From contig JAZLAV010000008.1 of assembly GCA_045613315.1 (NCBI GenBank), positions 84,828-148,827 of the forward strand: a stretch of DNA of 64,000 nt, read 5' to 3'. Positions 28,073 to 37,503 of the stretch are shown piece by piece (positions within the stretch are counted from its first letter, which is position 1; each line of letters begins with the position of its first letter). A model generated the notes under the pieces. It saw only the letters and a list, made by a program, of their open reading frames with translations. It was not told where the DNA came from and did no database searches. The position numbers and the translations under genes were made by a program. The DNA is from Candidatus Enterousia sp. GTDB lineage: Bacteria > Pseudomonadota > Alphaproteobacteria > Rs-D84.

Positions 28073-28342
28073 ATGGGGCATAAGTTTCCAGTATGGTGTT
28101 TGGTTTTAAGTATATTATTTATGTTTAGTATATGCCTTTCAGCAGGAAACGGTAACATAGGTATGGCAATAATGGCAACTGCTACAACATTCTTTATCTT
28201 GTGTATACCAATTTTTATTGCAGAGAGTAGAAATATAAAAAACAAAGAAATGAACGTTCAATTGTCTGTATTATTATGGTTTATACCATTTTCGTGGATT
28301 ATAGCAATGTGTATGGCGTTGTTTGGCAAAACAAAAAGATAG
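28073..28342 (+). CDS. Small 3-TM membrane protein resembling the superinfection-immunity (T4 Imm-like) family
   Basis: SD AGGAGA. The sequence ILCIPIFIAESRNIKNKEMN...LLWFIPFSWIIAMCMALF fits the pattern of the Imm_superinfect family. The gene is markedly AT-rich: about 28% G+C in the first 60 nt by hand count. Confidence 0.5.
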   Translation: MGHKFPVWCLVLSILFMFSICLSAGNGNIGMAIMATATTFFILCIPIFIAESRNIKNKEMNVQLSVLLWFIPFSWIIAMCMALFGKTKR

Positions 28343-28358
28343 AATCTATAAGCAACCA

Positions 28359-28454
28359 CTATTTTATCAACCTTTCGAGTGCACTCATATTACAGTGGGC
28401 AAGGGCGATGGCGATCGCGTCGGCTTCGTCCGGTGTTTTGGGGTGTGCCACCGG
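28359..28454 (-). pseudogene. Relic copy of the last 31 codons plus stop of ruvC
   Basis: Encodes PVAHPKTPDEADAIAIALAHCNMSALERLIK*. The intact ruvC end is PAAHPKTPDEADAIAIALAHCNMSALERLVK*. An in-frame TAG lies 16 codons upstream and there is no start codon. Confidence 0.85.
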
Positions 28455-28457
28455 TTC

Positions 28458-28601
28458 GTCATCCCGGCGGATGCCGGGATCCAGTTTGCGAATACAAACT
28501 TGCTATGCAAATAAATTAAAAAATCACTTTCATAAAAATGAACAAACAAGTCGCCATTGGCGACTGGATACCGCAATCCTGCGGTATGACGGTGCTTAAT
28601 A
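28458..28601. repeat. Modular hairpin-cassette repeat, copy 3 (modules A-x-C)
   Basis: Module A: GTCATCCCGGCGGATGCCGGGATCCAG (28458-28484). Hairpins AGTTTG..CAAACT and GTCGCCATTGGCGAC. Module C: TGGAT-ACCGCA-ATCC-TGCGGT-ATGACGGTGCTTAATA (28565-28601). Confidence 0.8.
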
Positions 28602-28654
28602 GCTATATGCTAAACTTTTTACTTACAACTAACCACTAACACCCACACTAATCA

Positions 28655-29143
28655 CTATTTTACCAATCGTTCCAATGCAGACATATTACAGTGGGCAAGG
28701 GCGATTGCGATGGCGTCCGCTTCGTCCGGGGTTTTTGGATGTGCGGCGGGCAGTAAAATTTTCACCATTTTATCAATAGCACTTTTGTCCGCATGTCCCG
28801 CACCAGTTAATGCCTTTTTAATCTTGTTTGGTTCATATTCAAAAACCGAAATGTCGCGCGTGGATACCGCCACAATCGCCGCGGCGCGTGCGTGCCCCAG
28901 GATAAGTGTTGTGTGCGGATTTTTGTTTACAAATGTAATTTCAATACTGCATTCATCGGGGCTAAAAGTATCAACCAATTTTGAAACTTCGCGAAAAATT
29001 ATTGCGAGTCGTTCGGGCAGGGGGCCAGATGTTTTGGGCAGAATTACGCCACTTGCCACATATTTGCGCGATTGACCAGCGGTGTCTATCACCGCCCAAC
29101 CGGTATGCAAAAGTCCGGGGTCAATCCCCAATACGCGTGTCAT
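28655..29143 (-). CDS. ruvC: Crossover junction endodeoxyribonuclease RuvC
   Basis: RVLGIDPGLLHTGWAVID and DEADAIAIALAH. Confidence 0.95.
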   Translation of the reverse strand: MTRVLGIDPGLLHTGWAVIDTAGQSRKYVASGVILPKTSGPLPERLAIIFREVSKLVDTFSPDECSIEITFVNKNPHTTLILGHARAAAIVAVSTRDISVFEYEPNKIKKALTGAGHADKSAIDKMVKILLPAAHPKTPDEADAIAIALAHCNMSALERLVK

Positions 29144-29478
29144 TTTCGAAATGTAATTTTGTTCACTGCGTCATAACCAAAATACTTGTTGATGCGTTTT
29201 GTAATTTCCGCGGTTTGATACGATAACTGTAATGCGAACGCCGGGTTGATTGGACGAACCGCGATGTTAAACCGACCATCTGGTGTTTTCTTTATCGCCG
29301 CCAGTGTTGATATACCCCCGATGTCCGCGCCCATAATTTCCGCCCAACGCGCGGCCAGGTCCGCATCCGACACGCGTGCGCCAAATATGCGAAACAGGCC
29401 ACCCACCGCGCCCGCCAAAGTATGCGGTTTTGCGGTGCGTGTTTCCATTTGTTTTTTCTTACTTACATGGTTTGACAT
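29140..29478 (-). CDS. DUF721 / DciA-like protein
   Basis: About 110 aa. The pattern ...ARWAEIMG...L.V.V...A.ALQLSY...I..RIN...G...V..I.F is typical of DUF721. Confidence 0.5.
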   Translation of the reverse strand: MSNHVSKKKQMETRTAKPHTLAGAVGGLFRIFGARVSDADLAARWAEIMGADIGGISTLAAIKKTPDGRFNIAVRPINPAFALQLSYQTAEITKRINKYFGYDAVNKITFRK

Positions 29479-30562
29479 AGGTGTATTCCCGTGGCATTAA
29501 AATAAACATCTGGCCCTGGGCATGTTGACCATGGGCATATTTATATGCGTCGTCCCCCTTGCCAAAGAATATGTCGGCGCGAATCCAACCACGAATTGCG
29601 GATCCGGTATCCTGGGCAATCATAAGACGTTGGAATTTGCGCCCATCCGATAAATTTGTGCTAACATACACCGGCATACCAAGGGTATAGATACTGTCGT
29701 CCATGGCAATACTGCGGATTTTAGACAATGGTGTGCCCAGTTTGCCAATTACATCCGGTGGGACCGATTCATAGAAATAAACATAACGCGGGTTTTTGTA
29801 AATCACATCACGCGCCAGTTTAGGGTTTTTCTTTAAATGTGTCCAGACCGCATCTGCGGAATAGCCACCATCGGGTCGGATGCCACGGCGGCGCAATTCT
29901 TCGCCAATGGATTTAAACGGCATATCATTTACCGCGGCAAAGTTCAATTTTACCATTTTCCCGTCGTCCAGTTGCAGCATACCTGAACCCTGAATCTGGA
30001 TATTCTGGACATCGACAATGTTTGCCCAGTAAAGAACGCGGCCGATTTTTTGTTCAACAATTTTTTTCTTTTCAACCCCCTTGTATGTGCGACCATCGGT
30101 TGGCACGCCCATCAGCGGTTCGTTGTATTCGGCGGTTTTTACGCGTGATCCACGAATAATCGGGGAATAGTATCCGGTATATGTACCCGTATCCGTGCCA
30201 TCGTCATTATATATTTTATATGGTTGGAAATTTGATTCAAACCATGCCCGCACCGTCGGCAGGTCCGCCGACGCCGATGGCAACATTTGGCACTTTTCAT
30301 CAAAAAGGGCTTTGTCGGGGATGACACGACCGTGATATTGAATCTTGGCCTTGCAAGAATTACGGAACGCCTGCAACGCATAGCGCACATCGTCATCGCG
30401 CCACCCCGGCAGGTCAGCATATGATACGGCTTTAAGGTTGGATGTTGGGGCCACGGAATCGTCGCCGGTGTGCGTCGGGGCCCGCAAATCGCACGATGTT
30501 AATATAAATGTACACAACGCAATCCGAAACAGATTTGATATAAATTTCCCCATTTTTTTCAT
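29459..30562 (-). CDS. mltA: Membrane-bound lytic murein transglycosylase A
   Basis: Lipobox LTSC. MltA-specific domain and a 3D domain (AQDTGSAIRGWIRADIFFGKGDDA). Confidence 0.85.
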   Translation of the reverse strand: MKKMGKFISNLFRIALCTFILTSCDLRAPTHTGDDSVAPTSNLKAVSYADLPGWRDDDVRYALQAFRNSCKAKIQYHGRVIPDKALFDEKCQMLPSASADLPTVRAWFESNFQPYKIYNDDGTDTGTYTGYYSPIIRGSRVKTAEYNEPLMGVPTDGRTYKGVEKKKIVEQKIGRVLYWANIVDVQNIQIQGSGMLQLDDGKMVKLNFAAVNDMPFKSIGEELRRRGIRPDGGYSADAVWTHLKKNPKLARDVIYKNPRYVYFYESVPPDVIGKLGTPLSKIRSIAMDDSIYTLGMPVYVSTNLSDGRKFQRLMIAQDTGSAIRGWIRADIFFGKGDDAYKYAHGQHAQGQMFILMPREYTYVKPCK

Positions 30563-30641
30563 CCCCCCACTTGTAAAATCTAAAAATAGATACTATATAT
30601 ACTTTATCACAAATTGGCGCGTAAAAAAAGGAGCAATCGTA

Positions 30642-31076
30642 ATGGCCAAATTTAATATCATTTCACAGTTCTTAAAGGACTTCTCGTTCGAAAACCCAAA
30701 TGTACCGGAATTATTTTTCAAACAGGAAAATACCCAGGCAAAATTAGAAATCAACATCGATATCCAGATTAAAGGTTCGGAAAACAATCTGTTTATGGTT
30801 GATTTGATTACCAAAGTTCATTCGAAATTGGATGCAAATGACAAGACGGTGTTCTTGATTGAATCGACATATTCTGGTTTGGTTCAAATGGAAGAAGAAA
30901 AAGACGAAGAAGCCAAAAAACGTACTCTTTTGATAGATGTGCCGACTTTGTTGTTCCCGGCGGTGCGCGCACTTATTACCCGTGTGACAAGTGAATCAGG
31001 TATGGCGCCGTTCGCGATGCAGCCAGTTGACTTTGCACAACTGTATGCACAACGCAACGCGAAGAAAAGTGATTAG
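30642..31076 (+). CDS. secB: Protein-export chaperone SecB
   Basis: ORF 30438..31076, but the SD AAAGGAG precedes the ATG at 30642. The SecB-like sequence reads MAKFNIISQFLKDFSFENP...LLFPAVRALIT. Confidence 0.85.
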   Translation: MAKFNIISQFLKDFSFENPNVPELFFKQENTQAKLEINIDIQIKGSENNLFMVDLITKVHSKLDANDKTVFLIESTYSGLVQMEEEKDEEAKKRTLLIDVPTLLFPAVRALITRVTSESGMAPFAMQPVDFAQLYAQRNAKKSD

Positions 31077-31097
31077 TGGTTTAGTGTTAGTGCATAG

Positions 31098-31126
31098 GAA
31101 AACGCGCCGTTTGGCGCGTTTTTTTT
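31098..31126 (+). terminator. Rho-independent terminator after secB
   Basis: ACGCGCC GTTT GGCGCGT followed by a T-run. It is flanked by GTGGTT...AACCAC GT/AC tracts. Confidence 0.8.
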
Positions 31127-31196
31127 ACGCCATTAACTAACAACTTACAACCAACCACTTTTTGTGATATAATGCTTAGACTGGAGAGAGCAAAGT

Positions 31197-32384
31197 ATGG
31201 CAGTGGATAAGTATATTTCGTTTGGTAAACGGGTCAGTGGATTTTCGTTTGCGAATCTGGGAATTTTTACCGGGTTTGCCGATGGTATTTATAATGCGGT
31301 TTATTCACTGGTGATTTTGGAAATATTTCGTTCCAGTGCCGTGGTCGGGTTGTATGTGGCGCTGTATTCTGCGTTTTGTATGTTTGTGGGGCTTTTTGCA
31401 AACGAGGTTTTTCGTCGTTTTTCCAAGGTGCGCGTGTTCTATGCGGTGCTGTTGATGTTGGCCGCGGGATATGCGATGATGAGTTTTTCGATTCTGCCAC
31501 GGACATTTATTACACTGGATTTTACAACGGGTATCGCCATTACTTTAAGCAGTATGTTAATCCCGTTGTTTATGTCGGACTTTGCGGGAAATGTTGGTAT
31601 GGCGCGGTTAAATGGTCGATATCATTTATGGTTAAATATCGGTGCGTTGTTTGCGCCAATGATTGCGGTCGCCGTTGCGTCCAGGTGGGATAATCGATCG
31701 GCGTTTATGGCATCGTCAATCATATATGTCTTGGCGTGGATGTTTTTCAAGTGTTTCCATATCGTCCAACCAGACAAGCAAATTAAACCTGTTAATCCGC
31801 GGCGAACAATGCGGGCACTGTGGCGCAATACGCGCGCATTTTTTGCAACGCCGGGTATGTTGCGGGCGTATTTGGTTAATTTTGGGTATTATTCATTGCG
31901 TGCGGTGCGTTTGTTGTATGTGCCAATCGTTGTTATCGAAAGCGGTTTTTCCAAAGACACATTGGGTTTGGTTTTGACGTTGGGGATTATTCCATACCTG
32001 GTATTAAGCGAAATTATGGGTCGTGCCGTGCGCAAATATGGTAAAAATATATGGCTGATTTTGGGGTTCGCGTCGTTTGCAGGGTTGTCGGCGGCGGCGA
32101 CGTTGGTGTCGGGGTACCCGCTGTTGGCAATATTTATTGCATGGCAGGTATCGGGGGCATTAATGGAACCTGTACACGATTTATTGTTCTTTGATAATAC
32201 GAAACCGGCCCAACGGACGCGATTTTATGGGGTGTTCAGAACGAGTGTAAATTTGCCAAATGTTATAACGCCAATACTGGCGGCGGCGTGCATTACATTT
32301 TTTGGTGCAACGTCGGCGGTGTGGTTTGTTAGTGCGGTTGTTGGCGCCATAATGGTCGGAATTATTATTACACCACAAAAATAA
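31197..32384 (+). CDS. MFS transporter
   Basis: About 12 predicted TM segments with a basic loop after TM2. Confidence 0.7.
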   Translation: MAVDKYISFGKRVSGFSFANLGIFTGFADGIYNAVYSLVILEIFRSSAVVGLYVALYSAFCMFVGLFANEVFRRFSKVRVFYAVLLMLAAGYAMMSFSILPRTFITLDFTTGIAITLSSMLIPLFMSDFAGNVGMARLNGRYHLWLNIGALFAPMIAVAVASRWDNRSAFMASSIIYVLAWMFFKCFHIVQPDKQIKPVNPRRTMRALWRNTRAFFATPGMLRAYLVNFGYYSLRAVRLLYVPIVVIESGFSKDTLGLVLTLGIIPYLVLSEIMGRAVRKYGKNIWLILGFASFAGLSAAATLVSGYPLLAIFIAWQVSGALMEPVHDLLFFDNTKPAQRTRFYGVFRTSVNLPNVITPILAAACITFFGATSAVWFVSAVVGAIMVGIIITPQK

Positions 32385-32446
32385 AATCTGTTGCGCAGGT
32401 GGCGTTTTCTTTGTATGATTTTGGTATAAATCAAAGGGGAAATTTT

Positions 32447-33520
32447 ATGGCAAAGAAAGAAGTTTCAAAAGAAAGCGCGACAACCGCCAAAAATCCGGCG
32501 TTGGAATCTGCGCTGGCCCAAATTCAGAAGCAATTTGGCAAAGAAGCAATTATGAAAATGGGTGATGGATCCCAACAGAATATAGAAGCAATTTCGTCCG
32601 GCTCGTTGGGGTTGGATATTGCGTTGGGAATTGGTGGTTATCCGCGCGGTCGTATCGTTGAAATATATGGCCCGGAAAGTTCGGGTAAAACGACGCTGGC
32701 CCTGCATGCCGTGGCCGAGGCGCAAAAGAAGGGCGGCACATGTGCGTATATTGATGCGGAAAATGCGTTGGACCCGTCTTATGCAAAAAAATTGGGTGTT
32801 AATGTTTCCGAGTTGATTATTTCGCAACCCGATTCCGGCGAACAGGCATTGGAAATTGCCGACACTCTTATTAAATCGGGTGCGGTCGATGTTGTTGTGG
32901 TTGATTCCGTGGCGGCCCTGGTGCCCAAGGCGGAATTAGAAGGCAACATTGGTGATACGTTTATGGGAACGACCGCGCGTTTAATGTCGCAAAGTCTGAA
33001 AAAATTGGCGGGTTCTGTTTCACGCAGTAATACATTGTTGATTTTCATTAACCAAATTCGTATGAAAATCGGTGTAATGTTTGGAAATCCCGAAACAACA
33101 TCGGGTGGTAATGCGTTGAAATTCTATGCGTCGGTGCGTTTGGATATTCGTCGCACAGGTGCCATCAAAGACAAAGAAAATGTTATTGGTAATGAAACAC
33201 GTGTCAAAATTGTTAAAAACAAGGTTGCGCCACCGTTCCGTACCGTTGATTTCAAAATCATGTATGGCGAGGGTATTTCCCGTATCAGCGAAATCTTGGA
33301 TATGGGTGTGAAATACGATTTTATCGAAAAGGCGGGATCTTTCTATTCTTATAATAATGAAAGAATAGGCCAGGGCGAGGCCAACGCCCGTCAGTGGTTA
33401 AAAGATCATCCGGATGCCCAGGCCGAATTGTTGGATAAAATTATGGCACGCGCATCGGGAATCGCCGAAGAAATGACAACGGGACCTGTCGCAGAAGATG
33501 ATGCCGATGTCGAAGAATAA
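32447..33520 (+). CDS. recA: Recombinase RecA
   Basis: SD AAGGGGA precedes the ATG at 32447. [12 protein letters not shown] and [35 protein letters not shown]. Confidence 0.97.
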   Translation: MAKKEVSKESATTAKNPALESALAQIQKQFGKEAIMKMGDGSQQNIEAISSGSLGLDIALGIGGYPRGRIVEIYGPESSGKTTLALHAVAEAQKKGGTCAYIDAENALDPSYAKKLGVNVSELIISQPDSGEQALEIADTLIKSGAVDVVVVDSVAALVPKAELEGNIGDTFMGTTARLMSQSLKKLAGSVSRSNTLLIFINQIRMKIGVMFGNPETTSGGNALKFYASVRLDIRRTGAIKDKENVIGNETRVKIVKNKVAPPFRTVDFKIMYGEGISRISEILDMGVKYDFIEKAGSFYSYNNERIGQGEANARQWLKDHPDAQAELLDKIMARASGIAEEMTTGPVAEDDADVEE

Positions 33521-33570
33521 AACAATGGGGACGGGTTTTGCCCGTCCCGTGTTCATATAAAGGGGGAAAT

Positions 33571-34485
33571 ATGAAAGCCGCGCGTTTGTGGGCATTAACA
33601 AAAATTGTTGCCCGGGGGCATATATTGAATTGGCCGTGGCGTGAGCGGGCGCATCGTCGTCGTGTGCGTACGGATTATACGGCCATTGTTGCAACCAAGT
33701 ATTTTAAACGATATTTGTCGGCCGCGGCGGCGGTTGTTGAAACCCCCGTTGTTAAAAATGACAAGGAAGACAAGATATGGACAATTTGGTTGCAGGGCGA
33801 AAGAAAGGCCCCAAAACTGGTTCGGGCGTGTTTTGCAAGTGTGCGGAAACACTGCAAACAAGAATTGGTCGTTTTGGATGCAGATTCGATATTTGACTAT
33901 ATCGATTTGCCGGCCGAAATTGTGAAAAAGTATCGTGATGGAAAAATCGGACACGCACATTTTGCAGATATTTGTCGGGTGGAATTGCTGTATCGGTATG
34001 GTGGATATTGGCTGGATGCGACAGGGTTTGTGACAGCGCCGATTCCAAAGTGGATTTCTGATTGCGATTTCTTTGTATATCTGGCGGGGCATAATTATAA
34101 CATCGGGGGCAGCCCGTATTCGTTTATGCAAAATTGTTTTATTCGCGCGCGGCGCGGCGCGTATTTGTTGGCGGCGTGGCGCGCAATGATATTGGATTAT
34201 TGGATGCACGAAAACCACACTTTTGATTATTTTATGCATCAATTGTTATTCAGGACATTGGTTGAAAACGATGTGCGTGCAAAAAAATATTTTGCCGAAA
34301 TGCCCCATGTGGACCAGGACCCGACCCATGCACTGTGGTGGGCGTACCAGGATAAACCATTTGATAAAAAAATATTTGATAATTTGACGGCAGATTCGTT
34401 TTTCCAAAAAACAACATATCGTGGAACGGACAACCCAATCCCGGGTTCGTTCGCAGATGTTATGATTAATAAAATGTATAAATAA
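33571..34485 (+). CDS. Capsular-polysaccharide-synthesis (Caps_synth, GT32-like) glycosyltransferase
   Basis: SD AGGGGGA. IWTIWLQGERKAP..., HFADICRVELLYRYGGYWLDATGF. Confidence 0.65.
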   Translation: MKAARLWALTKIVARGHILNWPWRERAHRRRVRTDYTAIVATKYFKRYLSAAAAVVETPVVKNDKEDKIWTIWLQGERKAPKLVRACFASVRKHCKQELVVLDADSIFDYIDLPAEIVKKYRDGKIGHAHFADICRVELLYRYGGYWLDATGFVTAPIPKWISDCDFFVYLAGHNYNIGGSPYSFMQNCFIRARRGAYLLAAWRAMILDYWMHENHTFDYFMHQLLFRTLVENDVRAKKYFAEMPHVDQDPTHALWWAYQDKPFDKKIFDNLTADSFFQKTTYRGTDNPIPGSFADVMINKMYK

Positions 34486-34499
34486 CAATGGGGGCAAAT

Positions 34500-35525
34500 A
34501 TGCCGGCAATATCTATTATTATTCCAGTATATAATGTCGAAAAATATTTACGGCGCTGTTTGGACAGTGTGTTAAATCAGACATTTACAGATTGGGAAGC
34601 CATCTGTGTCAATGATGGCAGTCCCGATAACAGTGCGGCAATATTGGCCGAATATGCGGCGCGTGACACACGATTCAAAATTGTAAATAAAGAAAATGGA
34701 GGCCTGTCGGATGCGCGTAATGCCGGTTTCCCGTATGCAAGTGGTAAATATATTATGTATCTGGATAGTGATGATTTTATCCACCCGCAAACAATGGAAT
34801 TGGCATATTATATGGCGCGGCGCGATAATTCAGATATTGTGTCGTTTACATACGACCGGCATTATCGACCGCAGTTGATGGTTCGGCATTTTTTACATAT
34901 GGATACAGATAATGTTGTGCCACGGCGGATTCATAAACGGTATAATCCGGCACGGGTAAAAACACTTGTGACCGATGATGTGTATAAATATGCGACCGAA
35001 CGCACACATAATATGTTTAACCCGAAACGCAAATGGCTTATTAAGCATTGCCAGGTTTGGAAAAATATGTATCGCCGTGAATTGATTGCAGATATTCCGT
35101 TTATCAAGGGTATTTTGTTCGAAGATTTCCCGTGGTGGAGTGCGGTTATGTTGAAAAATCCGCGTGTGACAATTATGCCGTTGCCATTGTATTTCTATGT
35201 TCCGAATTTTGGGGGAATTGTGTTGGCGGCAAAACAATTACGCATTATGCAGAGTTTGTGTACCGGTATTATGTCGGCGTATGCGGTGTATCGTGATAAC
35301 GCGACCCAATATCAGATGAAAATGTGGTCGGACAATTTTATGTGGTATTTTGTAAACTGGGCGTATCGCAAAGTGCGCTATATGAAAACATCGGATGATT
35401 TGGAATCTGCACGCCAATGTATGCGGGAATTGGTATTGTCGGGTGCACTGGAGTGTCCAACGTGCGGGTGGTGTGAAATGAAGTATAATTTGGTGCGTTT
35501 TGCGCGTGGGGAAACGAATAAATGA
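34500..35525 (+). CDS. Family 2 glycosyltransferase
   Basis: ISIIIPVYNVEKYLRRCLDSVLNQTF...VNDGSPDNS and YLDSDD. Confidence 0.85.
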   Translation: MPAISIIIPVYNVEKYLRRCLDSVLNQTFTDWEAICVNDGSPDNSAAILAEYAARDTRFKIVNKENGGLSDARNAGFPYASGKYIMYLDSDDFIHPQTMELAYYMARRDNSDIVSFTYDRHYRPQLMVRHFLHMDTDNVVPRRIHKRYNPARVKTLVTDDVYKYATERTHNMFNPKRKWLIKHCQVWKNMYRRELIADIPFIKGILFEDFPWWSAVMLKNPRVTIMPLPLYFYVPNFGGIVLAAKQLRIMQSLCTGIMSAYAVYRDNATQYQMKMWSDNFMWYFVNWAYRKVRYMKTSDDLESARQCMRELVLSGALECPTCGWCEMKYNLVRFARGETNK

Positions 35526-36664
35526 CAAAAAAATTACCCAGAGTTCGTGTCGCGTTTTGCGTTCGTGATTTAAAGGTTGGTGGCGTTGAAAGTGTTTTGA
35601 CCCGCACACTGGAAAAATTGGAAAAGCATCGCAATTTGGAAATCGTCGTTATCACATATACACCAATTCGTGATGTATGGCGCGATTGGTTCGCGGCGCA
35701 TGACAAAATATCTGTGCGTGTGTTGTATCCGTGTAAATTTTTCGGGACCGATTTGCCACATTTCGTGGTTGCGCGATTGGTGCGGCATATGATGCGTGAT
35801 ATTTACCGGGGAATTCGTCGGGTGCTGTTTGTTAAACGCGTGTTTCGCGATATTGATATTGCGGTCGATTATTATGACTTTGATTGTGCGCGCGAATTGA
35901 AAAAACTGAAAATACCGCGTATTGCGTGGTGGCATTCGTCGTCGGACAAATTTTACGGTGGTGGTTATGTGGGGCATTTGGCAAATTATGATAAATTTGT
36001 TGTCTTGACGGACGCGTTTGCAAACCAGTTGCGGGAAAAATATCCGAATTTTTCCGATAAAATTTTGCGTATTTATAACCCCATAGATGTTGATGCCGTG
36101 TTGGCACGGGCGGAAAATGCACCGGTGCGTGATGGAAAATATTTTGTGTGCGTGTCGCGTTTGGTCAATGGCAAAGGTATTGAAACCGTGATTCGTGCGT
36201 TCGATAAATTTTATGCAAAAAATCATAATCCAGATGTTAAATTGGTTATTGTTGGTGATGGTTATAAAATGGATGAATTGAAATCTGTGGCGCGTGAATG
36301 TGGTTCTGGTTCACACATAGATTTTATGGGCGAAATGAAAAACCCATTTGGGGTAATGCGTGGGGCAATCGCAAATATTTTGTCGTCGCGTGGCGAAGGG
36401 TTGCCAACGGTATTGGTTGAAGCGGCCACAATGGGTGTGTTAAACATAGCATCTGATTGTAAATGTGGACCACGTGAAATATTAATGGATGGTCGGGCGG
36501 GGCGCCTGTTTCCGGTGGGCGATGTGGATGCGTTGGCCCGCACAATGGATGATGTATTTAACGGTAATGTTGATGTAAACAAGATGGTTGCGACCGCAAC
36601 AAAAAATCTGGGTCGGTTCGATGCAGATACAATCGTGAAACAGATTTATGAATTGTTAATCTAA
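35522..36664 (+). CDS. Family 4 (GT-B) glycosyltransferase
   Basis: C-terminal E-x7-E region SSRGEGLPTVLVEAATMGV. The start overlaps the upstream stop (ATGA). Confidence 0.8.
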   Translation: MTKKLPRVRVAFCVRDLKVGGVESVLTRTLEKLEKHRNLEIVVITYTPIRDVWRDWFAAHDKISVRVLYPCKFFGTDLPHFVVARLVRHMMRDIYRGIRRVLFVKRVFRDIDIAVDYYDFDCARELKKLKIPRIAWWHSSSDKFYGGGYVGHLANYDKFVVLTDAFANQLREKYPNFSDKILRIYNPIDVDAVLARAENAPVRDGKYFVCVSRLVNGKGIETVIRAFDKFYAKNHNPDVKLVIVGDGYKMDELKSVARECGSGSHIDFMGEMKNPFGVMRGAIANILSSRGEGLPTVLVEAATMGVLNIASDCKCGPREILMDGRAGRLFPVGDVDALARTMDDVFNGNVDVNKMVATATKNLGRFDADTIVKQIYELLI

Positions 36665-37503
36665 ATACCCGATTTGATAAATCGTTCCGGTATTTTTACA
36701 ACGCGTTTTAACCCCAGCATACCCGGTTTGTCCAATGCATAGATTGGACGAAAAATTCGTTGCATAATACGGGCCCAGCGCATAGATTTTTCAGGTTTTG
36801 GTTCAATGTTTGTCACGGCATTTATTGTGCCATTTCCCCGTCGGCGCAGGTGATTTACCCAATCAGGGCCACGTTTGGCGGCCTTGGTCAACAACATATT
36901 CATATCAACCGCACCAAAATGCAATAAATACAAATTCGGGTCAATGTGAAAGTTGTGTTTGTGAATACTGTGGAATCCGCTGCCCCAATTTACTGGTTTG
37001 TTTATAACAACCGGTTTTGTGTATCGTGTGGACAACAGGGCAAATCCCCGTTGTTCCAATAACGCCATGTTCATATCCAATGGTTTTTCCAATTCCATAT
37101 GTTGACCAACATCCAATCCCAACCCCGATACTGTTGTGTTTATTTTTATCCCGGCCAGATATTCCGCCAACGATTTTTTTGTATTTGGATCAACAATCAA
37201 GAATTCATCAGAATCGCAACCAATAACAATATCATATCCGTTGTTAAATAAATTATGGGCCAATTCAGATATTTTTCCAATACGGTATTTGTCGCCAGCG
37301 GCACGTGACATTGGCGCGTGTGGCAATTTTGTTATATGCGCGTTGCCAGCGTTTTGCGGGGTTGGTTGGTCCAATCCGTCCAATAAAATATAAAGGTTTT
37401 CTGTTCCAAATTGTTTGCCATAGTATGCAATCCAACGTGATAAAAAGAATTCGTCATCGCGTGCCATGGTAATTGCGGCGATGCGCCTGGTTGTGTTTGT
37501 CAT
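36661..37503 (-). CDS. Glycosyltransferase family 2-like (Glyco_tranf_2_4 type)
   Basis: IAAITMARDDEFFLSRWIAYY...YILLDGLDQ and GCDSDEF. Confidence 0.6.
   Translation of the reverse strand: MTNTTRRIAAITMARDDEFFLSRWIAYYGKQFGTENLYILLDGLDQPTPQNAGNAHITKLPHAPMSRAAGDKYRIGKISELAHNLFNNGYDIVIGCDSDEFLIVDPNTKKSLAEYLAGIKINTTVSGLGLDVGQHMELEKPLDMNMALLEQRGFALLSTRYTKPVVINKPVNWGSGFHSIHKHNFHIDPNLYLLHFGAVDMNMLLTKAAKRGPDWVNHLRRRGNGTINAVTNIEPKPEKSMRWARIMQRIFRPIYALDKPGMLGLKRVVKIPERFIKSGI

Noticed and set aside
30438-30641. Long N-terminal extensions in the ORF track: secB from 30438, secF from 51380, engB to 22253, typA to 41600, recA from 32399
   Set aside because: The extensions overlap upstream genes or promoters and lack homology. 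Strong SD plus ATG sites coincide with the family N-termini at 30642, 51572, 22145, 41525 and 32447.
33527-33549. GC-rich hairpin (GGGACGGG TTTTG CCCGTCCC) after recA; considered as an intrinsic terminator
   Set aside because: No U-tract follows, and the first glycosyltransferase SD is about 12 nt downstream. It may stabilise or attenuate the transcript, but I cannot call it a terminator.
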